In this document: positions 1-9,553 of the stretch, piece by piece
How positions within the stretch are numbered: position 1 is the stretch's first letter
Layout: every line of letters starts with the position of its first letter
DNA from: Marivivens sp.
Lineage (GTDB): Bacteria; Pseudomonadota; Alphaproteobacteria; Rhodobacterales; Rhodobacteraceae
Assembly (NCBI GenBank): GCA_024642145.1
Contig: JAHEBS010000001.1
Coordinates: forward strand, 1-50,093
Length of the DNA: 50,093 nt
Direction of reading: 5' to 3'
Translations under genes and position numbers: made by a program
The notes under the pieces: generated by a model
Seen by the model: only the letters and a program-made list of their open reading frames with translations
The model's database searches: none
Told to the model about the DNA's origin: nothing

Positions 1-72
1 GGCGTAGCTCAGCGGTAGAGCAGTTGACTGTTAATCAATTGGTCGTAGGTTCGATCCCTACCGCCGGAGCCA
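1..72 (+). tRNA. tRNA-Asn (anticodon GTT); about 3 nt of the 5' acceptor stem are cut off by the window edge
   Basis: The cloverleaf is readable. D-arm is GTAGCTCAGCGGTAGAGC, the anticodon loop is CTGTTAA flanked by GTTGA/TCAAT, and the T-arm is GTAGG-TTCGATC-CCTAC. The 3' acceptor is CGCCGGA, followed by discriminator G and an encoded CCA ending at 72. Confidence 0.85.
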
Positions 73-112
73 AAAATCCCCAGTGTTGACAGGTCGTTAG
101 CGACCCGACAGA

Positions 113-136
113 CCAAGCGTTCGTCGCTTGGGGTTT
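113..136. terminator. Hairpin between tRNA-Asn and the 3' end of the hybrid kinase gene; possible terminator
   Basis: A 7-bp stem CCAAGCG / CGCTTGG (113-119 and 125-131) with loop TTCGT is followed by GGTTT. The T-tract is weak. Confidence 0.3.
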
Positions 137-156
137 GGGCGTGCCTTGGCGGGCGC

Positions 157-3100
157 CTAGACCGAGGTGGGCAGGCGGGCGCGGACTTCGGCGACGATGG
201 CGTCAAAGTCGAGCCCGCGCTTGGAATAGAGCCCCTCGACCCAGCCTTCCAGACGGTGGCGGTCCTCGGCGGTCAGGGTTTTGGCGGTGACCACGATCAC
301 GGGAATGCCTGTCCATTCGGGTCGAGACCGGAAAATCTCGGCGAATTCGAAGCCGTCCATCTCGGGCATCATCAAATCCAGCAGCACCAGCCCCGGCGTT
401 ACCGTTTTCAGCCGTTCAAGCGCCACGCGGCCGTTTTCGGCCTCGACCACCGCCAGACCGTTTTCTGTCAGCGTCCGCGCCAAGAGCGCGCGGGTGTCGT
501 CGTCGTCCTCGACCACCAGAACACTGGCCCCGTCCTTGCCACTCAAGAGCCGCCGGATCGAGCCGACAAGCCGCGCGCGGTCGATGGGTTTGGTCAGATA
601 TTCCGAGGCCCCCAGTGAAAAGCCCAGTTTCTTGTCCTCGATGATGGTCACCATCACCACTGGGATGGATTCGGTTTCGGGCAGGGCCTTCAATTCGGCC
701 AGAACAGACCAACCATCGGTGGCCGGCATGATGACGTCGAGCGTGATCAACTGTGGCTGCTCGTCACGCGCCATGCGGATGCCGGTCTTGCCATCCGCAG
801 CCTCGACGGTGCGATAACCTGCGGCGTTCAGGTTGCGGCGCAGCAATTCGCGCACCACGGCGTCGTCGTCGATGATCAGGACAAGCGGTGCGGTATCCGA
901 GGCGGGCGCAGGCGCGGTTTCGACCACAGGCGCAGGCGCCAAGGCCGAAGCATCGGTCAGCACGGTCATGGTGAACGTCGTGCCTTTGCCAAGCTCGCTC
1001 ACCACCGTCAGATCGCCGCCCATCATGCGACAGAACTCGCGCGTGATGGTCAGCCCAAGCCCCGTCCCCCCGTATTTGCGCGAGGTCGATGCGTCTGCCT
1101 GCGTGAAAGGCTCAAAGACCTTTTTCAACTGCTCGGGCGACATGCCGATACCCTGATCGGACACATCGACCTGCAGCATCCTGCCCTTGTCCGTGGTCGA
1201 GATGGTCACGGTGATCAGACCGTTTTCACAGAACTTGGCGGCGTTGGACAAAAGGTTGAAAAAGTTCTGCTTGAACTTGGTAAGGTCGGTATTGATGGTC
1301 TTGCGCCGCGCGCGATTGTCGATTTCCAGCCGGTTGTGGTTCTTTTCCACCACAGGCTGAATGGTGTTGCAGACGTCCTCCAGCAACTCGGACAAGGCGA
1401 ATTCTTCGACATAAAGCTCTAGCTTGCCCACCTCGATCTTGGACAGATCGAGGATATCGTTGATCAGCCCCAGAAGATGGCGGCCCGCCTTCTGGATCTT
1501 TTCAAGATCCGGCACATAGGCCTCTTCGCCATCGTCGGTGACCTCATCGATCAGCAGTTCGGAATAGCCGATGATCGCGTTCAACGGGGTGCGTAACTCG
1601 TGGCTCATATTAGCCAGAAACTGGGATTTGGCCGAATTGGCCTGAATGGCCGCATCACGGGCAACGGCCAGTTCCTTGACCAGTGCGTCCAGCTCTTCCT
1701 CGTGGTGTTTGCTTTCGGTCATGTCGGTCCAGATCGACACGATCCCGCCTTCACGCGTCTCGAATCCTTCCGAGCGGTACCAACGACCGTCGGCGTTGCG
1801 ATCCAGCGAACTCCGCACTTTCTGGGTGCGTCGGCTGCGCAGGACTTGCTGGCGCCATGCCTCGAGGTCCTCTTCCGAGTCGAAACTACGATAGGGGTTT
1901 TTCGAACGGCGGAAGAAGCTCTCGAATGTCTCGCCGATCTGGAATTCCTTGCCGTCCAGCAGCAGCGCGCGCATATGGCCGCGGGCCTTTTTGTTGATGG
2001 CCACCAACCGGTCTTCGCTGTCGTAGAGGGCAAAGCCCTGATCCATCGCCTCTAGCGCGTCGGTCAGGCGCTGGTGGGCAAGTTCGGTTTCGCGGGCCAG
2101 CCGCGCCAGCACCTCTTCGTGCTTTTTCTCTTCCGAGATGTCGGTAAAGACCGACACCGTGCCACCATCCACCGTGGCAAAGCCTTCGGATCGCATCCAG
2201 CGCCCCGACGGGGTCTGGTCGGTTGAAAGGCGGGTCTTGTTCGCGGCGCGGTTCTTCAACACGCGCTCGACCCATTCGCGTCCCTCTTTCCTTGTCTTGA
2301 TATGGTGCATGTGATGCGACGCTTTTTCGGTCAGATCGGCAAAAAAATCGCCTTCCACCATGCGGTATCCGCCGGTGAAATCTGCCATCAGATCGCTGGC
2401 GCGCTGGTTGAACAGCAGCACCCTGTCGTCCTTGTCGTACAGGATGATGGCCTGCCCCATCGCCTCGATCGCATCCATCAATCGCCGGTGCGCGATTTCC
2501 GCATCCTCCGCCAAAGCGGCGAGTTCGGCCTCGTGTTTCTTGGCCTCGGTGATGTCGGTAAAGACCGAAACCGTGCCCCCGTCAGACGTGGGGAACCCTT
2601 CAGATTGAAACCAGCGCCCCGAAGGCAGCAGGTCTGACGACAGCCTGACTTTCTGTGTGCGTCGTGTATGCAGAACCTTTTGAATCCACGCCTCTTTTTC
2701 TTCGTCGCTTCTGTCGCCCTGCATCAACCTGGCCGACTGCCGAAGCCCCATTTCAAAGGGTTGGCCAATCTGGGGCCGCGCGCCGCCGGTAAAGTCGGTA
2801 TAGATGTCCCGATACGAGCGGTTGAACAGGACAATCCGGTCGTCGGAATCAAAGAGAACGATCGCTTGCCCCACGGCCTCGACCGCGTCCATCAGTCTTT
2901 GGTGCGCGGCGGCCGCCTCTTCGCGGCTACGGGCGACCTCTTTTTCGGCTATGGTTCGTTCGGCCACCGACCCCAGCAGCGTGCCGACATGACCCAAAAC
3001 CTCGATGATATCGACATTTGCATGGGTAGGTTCGCGGGCAAAGAACTCCAGCACACCGACAACGCCCTCGTGCAGGACGACGGGAAAGGCCATGGCCGCG

Positions 3101-4191
3101 CTCAGGCCTGCTTCGCGGCAAAAGGCCTTGCGGCGGAAGGCACGGTCCCTCGAGACGTCTTCGATCCAGACCGGACGGCGCGCCTTGACCGCGCGACCGG
3201 GCAGCCCGTCCTTGGCGTCGAACCGCATGCTCTCGACCGCCTGACGCAGACGCGACATCCCCTGTTCATGTTCGATATGCCAGATACCGGTGGGCGTCAG
3301 ATGAACGGTTCTGCCCTCGGTCTTGGCGACATAGGCATGGCCGACCGACCAGCCGGTGAACATGCAGATCTCGTGCAACGCCGTCTGCAGCGCGGTTTCA
3401 AAACTTGTCGCGCTGTTGGCGGCCAGAACGATATTTTGCAGCAGCCGCACCGACGCGGTCCGTTCCGCCACCCGACGTTCCAATTCGTCATTGGCGTGTT
3501 GCAGGTCTTCCTTGGCGGCAAGTTCGGCGGTGATATCGCGGCCATAGACGTTGATATAACCCGCGTCCTTGATAAAGCCGAAGTTCAAGAGATAGGTCTG
3601 CCCGCTTTCGCAGTGGTATTCGGTGGTGCGGTTCTCGCCCGTGGCCACGACCTCATCAATCAAATCGGCCAAGGCCGAACTCAGGCGCTCTTGGGGACGG
3701 GTTTCCACCAGCCCGATGATTTTGCGCGCCGCGGCATTGGCCAGCAAAATCGCGCGATCGGGGCGGATGCGCACGACGGGGTTGGGGTTTTCCAGAGGAA
3801 AGCGTGCAGCCTCGGCCACGTCCTTTTCCGCGGCACGGACCTGTGTGACGTCGCGCAGATAGGCATTCACATAACCGCGGTCGGCCAGCGGATTGAACAG
3901 CGCGTTATAGATGCGGCCATTGGCGTGGATGTCGATGCGGCGCTGTTGGCCCGATTTGAGCGCCGCAGCCGCCTCGCGGGCGACCTTGGTCGCGGCCTTG
4001 GTCCCCTTGGCGGCCAAAAGCTCGCTCGCCTCTTTGGTGGCGGCGTTGGCATAAAGGATCTTGCCCGCGGCACCCACGCGAAAGATGGGATAGGGGCTTT
4101 CCTCGACGATACCGACTAGCGAGAGGTCTTGCCCCTCGTCCGCGGTCGCTTTGGTCATTTTGGCCATAGGTTGCTCCGACGCCCGCCCCAC
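157..4191 (-). CDS. Large hybrid sensor histidine kinase: two N-terminal PAS-like units, a GAF-like region, three tandem PAS-like units, HisKA, HATPase and two receiver domains
   Basis: A 1344-aa ORF. The H-box is [18 protein letters not shown]. The ATPase N/G boxes are LLSNAAKF and DQGIGM...GGTGLGLTI. The two REC domains are LVLIIDDD...TLDVIMP...YLTKP and VLVVEDDDD...[11 protein letters not shown]...VVTAK. The start could also be the MAKM codons a few residues downstream. Confidence 0.9.
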   Translation of the reverse strand: MGRASEQPMAKMTKATADEGQDLSLVGIVEESPYPIFRVGAAGKILYANAATKEASELLAAKGTKAATKVAREAAAALKSGQQRRIDIHANGRIYNALFNPLADRGYVNAYLRDVTQVRAAEKDVAEAARFPLENPNPVVRIRPDRAILLANAAARKIIGLVETRPQERLSSALADLIDEVVATGENRTTEYHCESGQTYLLNFGFIKDAGYINVYGRDITAELAAKEDLQHANDELERRVAERTASVRLLQNIVLAANSATSFETALQTALHEICMFTGWSVGHAYVAKTEGRTVHLTPTGIWHIEHEQGMSRLRQAVESMRFDAKDGLPGRAVKARRPVWIEDVSRDRAFRRKAFCREAGLSAAMAFPVVLHEGVVGVLEFFAREPTHANVDIIEVLGHVGTLLGSVAERTIAEKEVARSREEAAAAHQRLMDAVEAVGQAIVLFDSDDRIVLFNRSYRDIYTDFTGGARPQIGQPFEMGLRQSARLMQGDRSDEEKEAWIQKVLHTRRTQKVRLSSDLLPSGRWFQSEGFPTSDGGTVSVFTDITEAKKHEAELAALAEDAEIAHRRLMDAIEAMGQAIILYDKDDRVLLFNQRASDLMADFTGGYRMVEGDFFADLTEKASHHMHHIKTRKEGREWVERVLKNRAANKTRLSTDQTPSGRWMRSEGFATVDGGTVSVFTDISEEKKHEEVLARLARETELAHQRLTDALEAMDQGFALYDSEDRLVAINKKARGHMRALLLDGKEFQIGETFESFFRRSKNPYRSFDSEEDLEAWRQQVLRSRRTQKVRSSLDRNADGRWYRSEGFETREGGIVSIWTDMTESKHHEEELDALVKELAVARDAAIQANSAKSQFLANMSHELRTPLNAIIGYSELLIDEVTDDGEEAYVPDLEKIQKAGRHLLGLINDILDLSKIEVGKLELYVEEFALSELLEDVCNTIQPVVEKNHNRLEIDNRARRKTINTDLTKFKQNFFNLLSNAAKFCENGLITVTISTTDKGRMLQVDVSDQGIGMSPEQLKKVFEPFTQADASTSRKYGGTGLGLTITREFCRMMGGDLTVVSELGKGTTFTMTVLTDASALAPAPVVETAPAPASDTAPLVLIIDDDAVVRELLRRNLNAAGYRTVEAADGKTGIRMARDEQPQLITLDVIMPATDGWSVLAELKALPETESIPVVMVTIIEDKKLGFSLGASEYLTKPIDRARLVGSIRRLLSGKDGASVLVVEDDDDTRALLARTLTENGLAVVEAENGRVALERLKTVTPGLVLLDLMMPEMDGFEFAEIFRSRPEWTGIPVIVVTAKTLTAEDRHRLEGWVEGLYSKRGLDFDAIVAEVRARLPTSV

Positions 4192-4199
4192 CGAGGGGG

Positions 4200-6167
4200 T
4201 CAGGTCGATTTGAATCCGATCTTGAGGTGCGTGTTATCGCAGAAGGGTTTGTTCGAGGAACCGCCGCAACGGCACAGCCGGACCGAGGTCAGGCGATCCA
4301 CGGTCCGCCCTGTTCCGGTGATGATTTCCAGATTGCCGTCGATCTGCAAGGGTCCATCCTTTTCGGGGCGGATCGCCAGCACATCACCACGGATCTTGAG
4401 CGGTTCCGAGGGGCGGGTATCGGGTTCGCCGCTGGCACTGAACCCGATTTCCTTGTGCGAGCCGTCACACCACGGCTTGTTCTTGGACGCGCCGCAGCGA
4501 CAAAGCGTGGCGCGGAAACCATCGCTCTTGCCGTCGATCTCGATGGTGGCGTTGACCGCATAGGGGCCGTTCTCGCGCAGCCGGATCGTATTGACCTGCG
4601 GCGCAGGTTCGGGCGGCAGATCGCCCTTGGGCGTATAGCTGATGGCCCCCGAGGGGCAGGTGACGCATACCGTGCGCAGGGCACCCGTCTCCATGGTTTC
4701 GGGATGCAGCCACGGTCCGACCACATTGGCCAAAAACACCTCGGGCGCGCCCAACACGCAATGGCGGGCATGGATGCAGCGCTGGGTATCGAAATGCAGC
4801 GTCAGGTCCTTGGCCTCGGCGCTTTCGGGCGCGTTGGCGGCCGCCGGATCGGTGGCCAACTCGCGCTTGCCCGAGGGCAGATCGTCGTGGACGATCTTGG
4901 CTTTCGGTGCGCGGGTTCCGGCGGCGGGGGGCGTGATCTTGTCGCCGATTTCCTCGATCTTGTCGGCAAGCTTGGACAGTTCATGGCCTTGGGGAAAGAA
5001 ATGGCGGCAATGGGCCACGATCTCATGGGTCCGCTCGGCCAGAACCAAGGGTTCGCTGTCGCCCAAGGGCAGGCGCTGAATATCACGGGCAAGGGTAAAG
5101 CTCATTCCCGCGGTGACACCGGGATATTCGGGGCCAGCGGGCAGGCTTGCCAGATACTCGCCCACCGGCATCAAAAGCCGCATCAGGTGGCGAGCCTGAT
5201 CGACATAGAGCTTTTTGGCGGCCTTGTTGGCGCTATCGCGCCCCCATGACTGCGCCAGAAAGCGCAACATCAGGTTATAAAGCGCATTGCCCAGATCCAT
5301 GGCGCGCAGCGCCTCGGGGTTTGTGACCAAAACGCAGCCTTCGTCCATATCCGTCAGACGGGGCCGCGGATTGCGGGCGACCGGATGGGCCGGTGCGAAG
5401 GTGGGGTCCGCCGCCATCATGGCGGCGAGTTCGTCTTTTACCGCCAGAAAGGCGTTATAGTGGCTGTCCTCGGAATGGGCCGGTGCGCCCTCGCCCTGTT
5501 CGACGATTGTCTCGATCGCATCATGGGCCGATGCCAGATCGGTCACGACCTTCAGCCCCGGCAAGGCGGCATCGCCCGGCCCGATCTGTTCATCGACGGT
5601 GCCACAGAACAGCGACTGGGCGCCGTAACGACGGTTAAGCACCTCGAACCCGTGGTAAATCCCGCGATAGAGATGCCCGATGGTTTGATAATCCTGCGCC
5701 GAGGGCATGATGGCGCCTTTGGGCATGGCGCGGTGATAGTCGTCAGGGCGGATGAACTCTGGCGCGTCGCTCATCTCCATGCCCTCGGGGCGTTCCAGAT
5801 AGATGGCGTGATCGACCAATGCGGGCGAAAAACCCACCAATTCCAGATCGATACCCGCCGGATGATAACCGGCGCGGATCGGGAATTCGGGCCGCGACAG
5901 ATGCGGCGTGCCACCGATGGCCGTCACCAGATTGCCGACAATGGTCAGATGCGTCATCTCTTCGATGGCGACATTCAACATGGCGTTTTTCCAACGCTTG
6001 ACGGTCGCCGCCTGCGCGGGTGTCAGCCCGTCGCGCTCGCCGCGCTTGAGGCTCCATATCCCGTAAAGATAGCAGCACATCACGTTGTGTTCGATCGCTG
6101 CCGCTTCGGCCAGCATATAGATCAGCTCTTCGCGATCACCGATCCTGAGGCGTGCTTCTTCGGTCAT
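4200..6167 (-). CDS. Ferritin-like domain protein fused to a divergent 4Fe-4S mono-cluster region and two CDGSH iron-sulfur domains
   Basis: The start is set at the ATG at 6167 ([13 protein letters not shown]...), preceded by AGGGAG. The N-terminal part has ferritin-like helices ([25 protein letters not shown]). The Cys-rich middle reads [13 protein letters not shown]...[12 protein letters not shown]. The C-terminus has [17 protein letters not shown] and [17 protein letters not shown]. The stop at 4200 lies 8 nt before the kinase start at 4191. Confidence 0.8.
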   Translation of the reverse strand: MTEEARLRIGDREELIYMLAEAAAIEHNVMCCYLYGIWSLKRGERDGLTPAQAATVKRWKNAMLNVAIEEMTHLTIVGNLVTAIGGTPHLSRPEFPIRAGYHPAGIDLELVGFSPALVDHAIYLERPEGMEMSDAPEFIRPDDYHRAMPKGAIMPSAQDYQTIGHLYRGIYHGFEVLNRRYGAQSLFCGTVDEQIGPGDAALPGLKVVTDLASAHDAIETIVEQGEGAPAHSEDSHYNAFLAVKDELAAMMAADPTFAPAHPVARNPRPRLTDMDEGCVLVTNPEALRAMDLGNALYNLMLRFLAQSWGRDSANKAAKKLYVDQARHLMRLLMPVGEYLASLPAGPEYPGVTAGMSFTLARDIQRLPLGDSEPLVLAERTHEIVAHCRHFFPQGHELSKLADKIEEIGDKITPPAAGTRAPKAKIVHDDLPSGKRELATDPAAANAPESAEAKDLTLHFDTQRCIHARHCVLGAPEVFLANVVGPWLHPETMETGALRTVCVTCPSGAISYTPKGDLPPEPAPQVNTIRLRENGPYAVNATIEIDGKSDGFRATLCRCGASKNKPWCDGSHKEIGFSASGEPDTRPSEPLKIRGDVLAIRPEKDGPLQIDGNLEIITGTGRTVDRLTSVRLCRCGGSSNKPFCDNTHLKIGFKST

Positions 6168-6236
6168 ATCCGCCGCTCCCTTTGGGCCGACTCTGCCCCA
6201 AACCGCCCCTGCGGAGCAAGGAATTAGCGTGGTTGC

Positions 6237-6246
6237 GCCACGTGGC
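6237..6246. promoter_or_regulatory. Perfect 10-bp palindrome GCCACGTGGC in the divergent intergenic region; candidate operator
   Basis: Read directly from the sequence. An upstream CGTGG (6228-6232) can also pair with CCACG (6238-6242). It lies between the divergent starts at 6167 (-) and 6276/6303 (+). Confidence 0.25.
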
Positions 6247-6275
6247 TTTTCGTTGAGTTTCCCCCACCCTTCCCT

Positions 6276-8033
6276 ATGCTGACCCGAAACGAGGACCGGG
6301 GAATGCCCTTGATGACAACTGCCCCAGAGCCCCAGACTCCCCCTCTGGCCGAGGTTGCCTTTGCCGTGGGCGTGACAGGTCATCGCAACCCGCGTGCCGA
6401 GGATATCACGACCCTGCGCGCGCAGGTCGGGGCCGAGCTTGCAGCCCTGCGTCGGCATCTGGATGGCACGCCCGTGGTGCTGATGACCGGTCTGGCCGCT
6501 GGTGCCGATATGCTGGCCGCCGAGGCCGCAATCGATGCGGGCATTGGCGTCGACGCGGTGCTGCCCATGCCGCGCACCGCCTATGAGTCCGATTTTTCAG
6601 CGGCCGAGCTGGCCGCGTTTTGCGAGATCGTCCGCAATCCGCTGGTGCGGGTGCGGGAAATTCCGCTGGCGCCGAGTGTGACGCCCGAGGCGCTGGCCCG
6701 CGATCAGGCCCTGCGCGACGCGCAATACGCGCGGCTTGGCGATTATTTACGCCGTCGTTCGAACCTGATGATCGCGCTTTGGGACGGGGCCCGCACCGAA
6801 CTGACCGGCGGAACGGGCGAGGTCGTCTTGGGTTATCTGGCTGACGCCACCGAGGGGCATATTGCCGAAATGGCCAGCGCCGCCGCGCCGGACGATTGCG
6901 GCAACGTGGTGGCGTGGATTGCGACCCCGCGCGCAGGATCGGGACAAAAGACCGGACCTACGCGGTATCTGGTTTCGACCGCGAACCATGACTGTTACGC
7001 GACCTTTGACAGCCCCCCCGCCGCCGTCATCCGCCGCTGGGAGGCGATGGCCGCGTTTCACGACGATCTGGCCTCGTCACAGGGCCGGAACCTGACGGCC
7101 TATCCCTTGGGTGACGCACCCTCGCCCGATCTGGCGGCCATTGACCTGCTGTATCAGCGCGCCGACCAATTGGCCCGCGCGGCACAGGACATGTCGAACC
7201 GGCTTTTCCGCTATTTCGCGCTGATCGCAGGGGCCATGGGGCTTGCGTTTCTGGCCTATGCCAAGCTCTGGGCCGAACCCGCCTTTCTGGTGGTCTATGT
7301 CTTGCTGTTCTTTGCGGGCTATGCGGGTTTCCGGTTTTCGGCGCGGATGCATCTGCATGGCCGCCATCTGGCCTGCCGCGTTCTGGCCGAAACCCTGCGG
7401 GTGCAGTATTTCCTGACCCTATCGGGCGCAGGCGCCGCCTATTCGCTGCGCCGCCTTCTGGATCTGACCAGTGTCGCGCGGTTCGAGCGTTTCGAATGGT
7501 TGCCCGAGGCGTTGCGCGCCGCCGAACCGCTGGTCTATGACCCGCCAACGGGCGACGAAGACGCCATTGCACGGGTGCGCGGCGACTGGATCGTTGACCA
7601 GCGCGACTATTTTTCGCGCAAGCTTCATAAGCTGCATCACGAACATGAACGGCTGGCGCGGTTCAAAACCGCCCTGCTCGGTGGGTCGGTTCTGGGGGCG
7701 CTTGCGCTGATTTTCATGATGGACGAATTGCATCACATGGAAATGGCGGGCCATGACGGCAAGGTCTGGCTGGTGTTCCTGATGGGGCTCTTGCCGCTTT
7801 GGGCCGCGATCTGGGAACTTTATCACGGCAAGATGGCCACCCGCGAACTGCTTTGGCAATACGCCAATCAGCGCCGGTTCTTTGCCACGGCTGAAACCGA
7901 AATCGCCATGGCAAAAGGCCCCGAGGCCGAACGCAAGGTGATCCGTGATCTGGCTGACAAGGCGCTGATCGAAATTTACCTTTGGTCTGTCCACCGGTTC
8001 CACCGTGAACACGAACCCCCTTCGGCAGGATAG
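6276..8033 (+). CDS. Membrane protein with an N-terminal SLOG-like (LOG/DprA/YpsA-type Rossmannoid) domain fused to two SLATT-like helix-plus-2-TM modules
   Basis: A 585-aa ORF. The N-domain motifs are VGVTGHR, TGLAAGADMLAAEAA, ALWDG and TGGTGEVV (the last resembles the LOG-type GGxGT motif). There are four predicted TM helices at about aa 312-329, 335-353, 465-482 and 497-515. Each pair is preceded by a charged helix (YQRADQLARAAQ... and DQRDYFSRKLHKLHHEHERL). The alternative start ATG at 6303 has a better GAGGA spacing. Confidence 0.6.
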   Translation: MLTRNEDRGMPLMTTAPEPQTPPLAEVAFAVGVTGHRNPRAEDITTLRAQVGAELAALRRHLDGTPVVLMTGLAAGADMLAAEAAIDAGIGVDAVLPMPRTAYESDFSAAELAAFCEIVRNPLVRVREIPLAPSVTPEALARDQALRDAQYARLGDYLRRRSNLMIALWDGARTELTGGTGEVVLGYLADATEGHIAEMASAAAPDDCGNVVAWIATPRAGSGQKTGPTRYLVSTANHDCYATFDSPPAAVIRRWEAMAAFHDDLASSQGRNLTAYPLGDAPSPDLAAIDLLYQRADQLARAAQDMSNRLFRYFALIAGAMGLAFLAYAKLWAEPAFLVVYVLLFFAGYAGFRFSARMHLHGRHLACRVLAETLRVQYFLTLSGAGAAYSLRRLLDLTSVARFERFEWLPEALRAAEPLVYDPPTGDEDAIARVRGDWIVDQRDYFSRKLHKLHHEHERLARFKTALLGGSVLGALALIFMMDELHHMEMAGHDGKVWLVFLMGLLPLWAAIWELYHGKMATRELLWQYANQRRFFATAETEIAMAKGPEAERKVIRDLADKALIEIYLWSVHRFHREHEPPSAG

Positions 8034-8035
8034 CC

Positions 8036-9487
8036 ATGGCAGAGACGGGCGAGGACAACGCTGGCTTCGAGATTAGACTGGGCAACCTGCGCCATGATCT
8101 GCGGACGCCCATCGGCCATATCACCGGCTATGCCGAACTGATCGAGGAGGACCTTGATGAGGCGGGGCGGGTCGCCTACGGGCCGGACCTGTCGGCCATT
8201 CTCGGGGCCGGACAGCGGATGCTGGGCATCATCGACCAGCATCTGACCGGCCCGCGCCACACCATCGAAGACATCGACCTGCAGGAGGCGCAATTCGCGC
8301 TGCGCCTGCACCTCAACCATATCGCAGGCTATACCGAGATTCTGCGTGAAGAGGCGGTCGACCGTGGCGATGATGCACTGGTTGCCGATCTCGACCACAT
8401 CAACAGGGGCAAACAGGACCTGCTGGCCCTGATCGAAGACATGGCGACCCGTCTGAGCGAGGATGGCGCGACCCCCGCCGACAAAGCCAAGACCGAGGAG
8501 CCCGAGGATGTTTTGTCCACCATCGTCGGCGTGGGTGGCGAGATTCTTGTGGTCGATGACGATGCGGCCAACCGCGAATTGCTGACGCGCCGTTTGGCAC
8601 GTGGCGGCTATAGCTCGACGGCGGTGTCCTCGGGCCAAGAAGCGCTGGACGCACTGGCCCAGCACCGCTTTGACCTCGTGTTACTCGACATGAAGATGGA
8701 GGGGCTTTCCGGCCTCGAAACGCTGCACCAGATCAAGGCCAATGCCCGCCTGCGTGCGGTGCCCGTCATCATGCTGTCGGCCGGAGATGATACGGCCCAA
8801 ATGGTGCAGACAATCCTTGCCGGAGCCGAGGATTACGTCGTCAAACCCTTTAACCCCGTCCTCTTGATCGCGCGCATCAACGCCTGCCTTGAAAAGATCC
8901 GCCTGCGCCAGAACGCGGCCCGCCAGATCAAGGTCTTTATCTCGTCCCCCGGCGATGTGATCCCCGAACGCCAGATCGCCAAAATGGTGCTTGGCCGCCT
9001 GAACGAGGAATACTCGGGACGCCTGTTGTTGGTGCCGATCTTGTGGGAGGAAGAGCCTCTCTTGGCCTCCGATACGTTTCAGGCGCAGATACACCCGCCA
9101 CATGAAACCGACATCTACCTCGGGATCTTGTGGTCCCGCATCGGCTCGCCCCTGCCCGCCTCCATCCGCCGTGCGGACGGGTCGCAGTATGAAAGCGGGT
9201 CGGTTTTCGAATTCGAGGACGCGCTTGAGGGGTTTCGCGCCTGTGGACGGCCCCAGATGCTGCTCTACCGCAAGGACGGAGCGCCGCAGGTTTCCTTGGC
9301 CGACAGGAACGACGTTCTGGACAGGCTGGACCAGATGGACAAGCTGCAGTCCTATCTGCAGACCAACCTCACAGGTGACGATGGTTCATATGTGGCGGCC
9401 TTTCACACGTTTCGTGGCGCGGCCGAGTTTGAAAGCATGATCGAAACCCATCTGCGCAAGCTGGTGCAGAAGTTCCTGACCGCCTGA
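8036..9487 (+). CDS. Response-regulator-type protein: two DHp/HisKA-like H-box segments without an ATPase domain, a receiver domain, and a C-terminal TIR-like (DUF4062-type) domain
   Basis: A 483-aa ORF starting 2 nt after the upstream stop. The H-box-like segments are LRHDLRTPIGHITGYAELI and LRLHLNHIAGYTEILRE. The REC domain reads ILVVDDD...LVLLDMKMEGLSG...YVVKPF. The C-terminal domain (aa about 298-415) reads IKVFISSPGDVIPERQ...LWEEEP...DIYLGILWSRIGSP...SVFEFEDAL...PQMLLYRK. This matches the DUF4062 pattern as I remember it (vFiSS..D...ER / E / D.y..i...R.GS / TE.E...A). Confidence 0.65.
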   Translation: MAETGEDNAGFEIRLGNLRHDLRTPIGHITGYAELIEEDLDEAGRVAYGPDLSAILGAGQRMLGIIDQHLTGPRHTIEDIDLQEAQFALRLHLNHIAGYTEILREEAVDRGDDALVADLDHINRGKQDLLALIEDMATRLSEDGATPADKAKTEEPEDVLSTIVGVGGEILVVDDDAANRELLTRRLARGGYSSTAVSSGQEALDALAQHRFDLVLLDMKMEGLSGLETLHQIKANARLRAVPVIMLSAGDDTAQMVQTILAGAEDYVVKPFNPVLLIARINACLEKIRLRQNAARQIKVFISSPGDVIPERQIAKMVLGRLNEEYSGRLLLVPILWEEEPLLASDTFQAQIHPPHETDIYLGILWSRIGSPLPASIRRADGSQYESGSVFEFEDALEGFRACGRPQMLLYRKDGAPQVSLADRNDVLDRLDQMDKLQSYLQTNLTGDDGSYVAAFHTFRGAAEFESMIETHLRKLVQKFLTA

Positions 9488-9553
9488 ACCTGCCCGCGAT
9501 TGCGCCAAAGCCAAGCCGCGACTAGACTTGAGGAAATTGACGGGAAATCTGCA

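Noticed and set aside
2668-4119. A 483-aa plus-strand ORF inside the hybrid kinase gene. Similar long antisense ORFs lie at 13260-14378, 19542-21254, 22255-24504, 26128-27354, 35819-37189, 39612-41243, 43189-44349, 45308-46975, 47988-49115 and 49377-50084.
   Set aside because: - Each lies opposite a gene with clear family motifs.
- Their translations are low-complexity and rich in Arg/Gly/Ala/His/Asp, as expected for stop-poor antisense frames in high-GC DNA.
- None shows recognisable domain motifs.
6168-6458. A 97-codon N-terminal extension of the ferritin-like/CDGSH ORF (the track ORF spans 4200-6458).
   Set aside because: - The extension overlaps the divergent 6276 gene.
- Its composition is atypical.
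- It precedes a well-placed ATG at 6167 with an AGGGAG RBS, where the ferritin-like domain begins.
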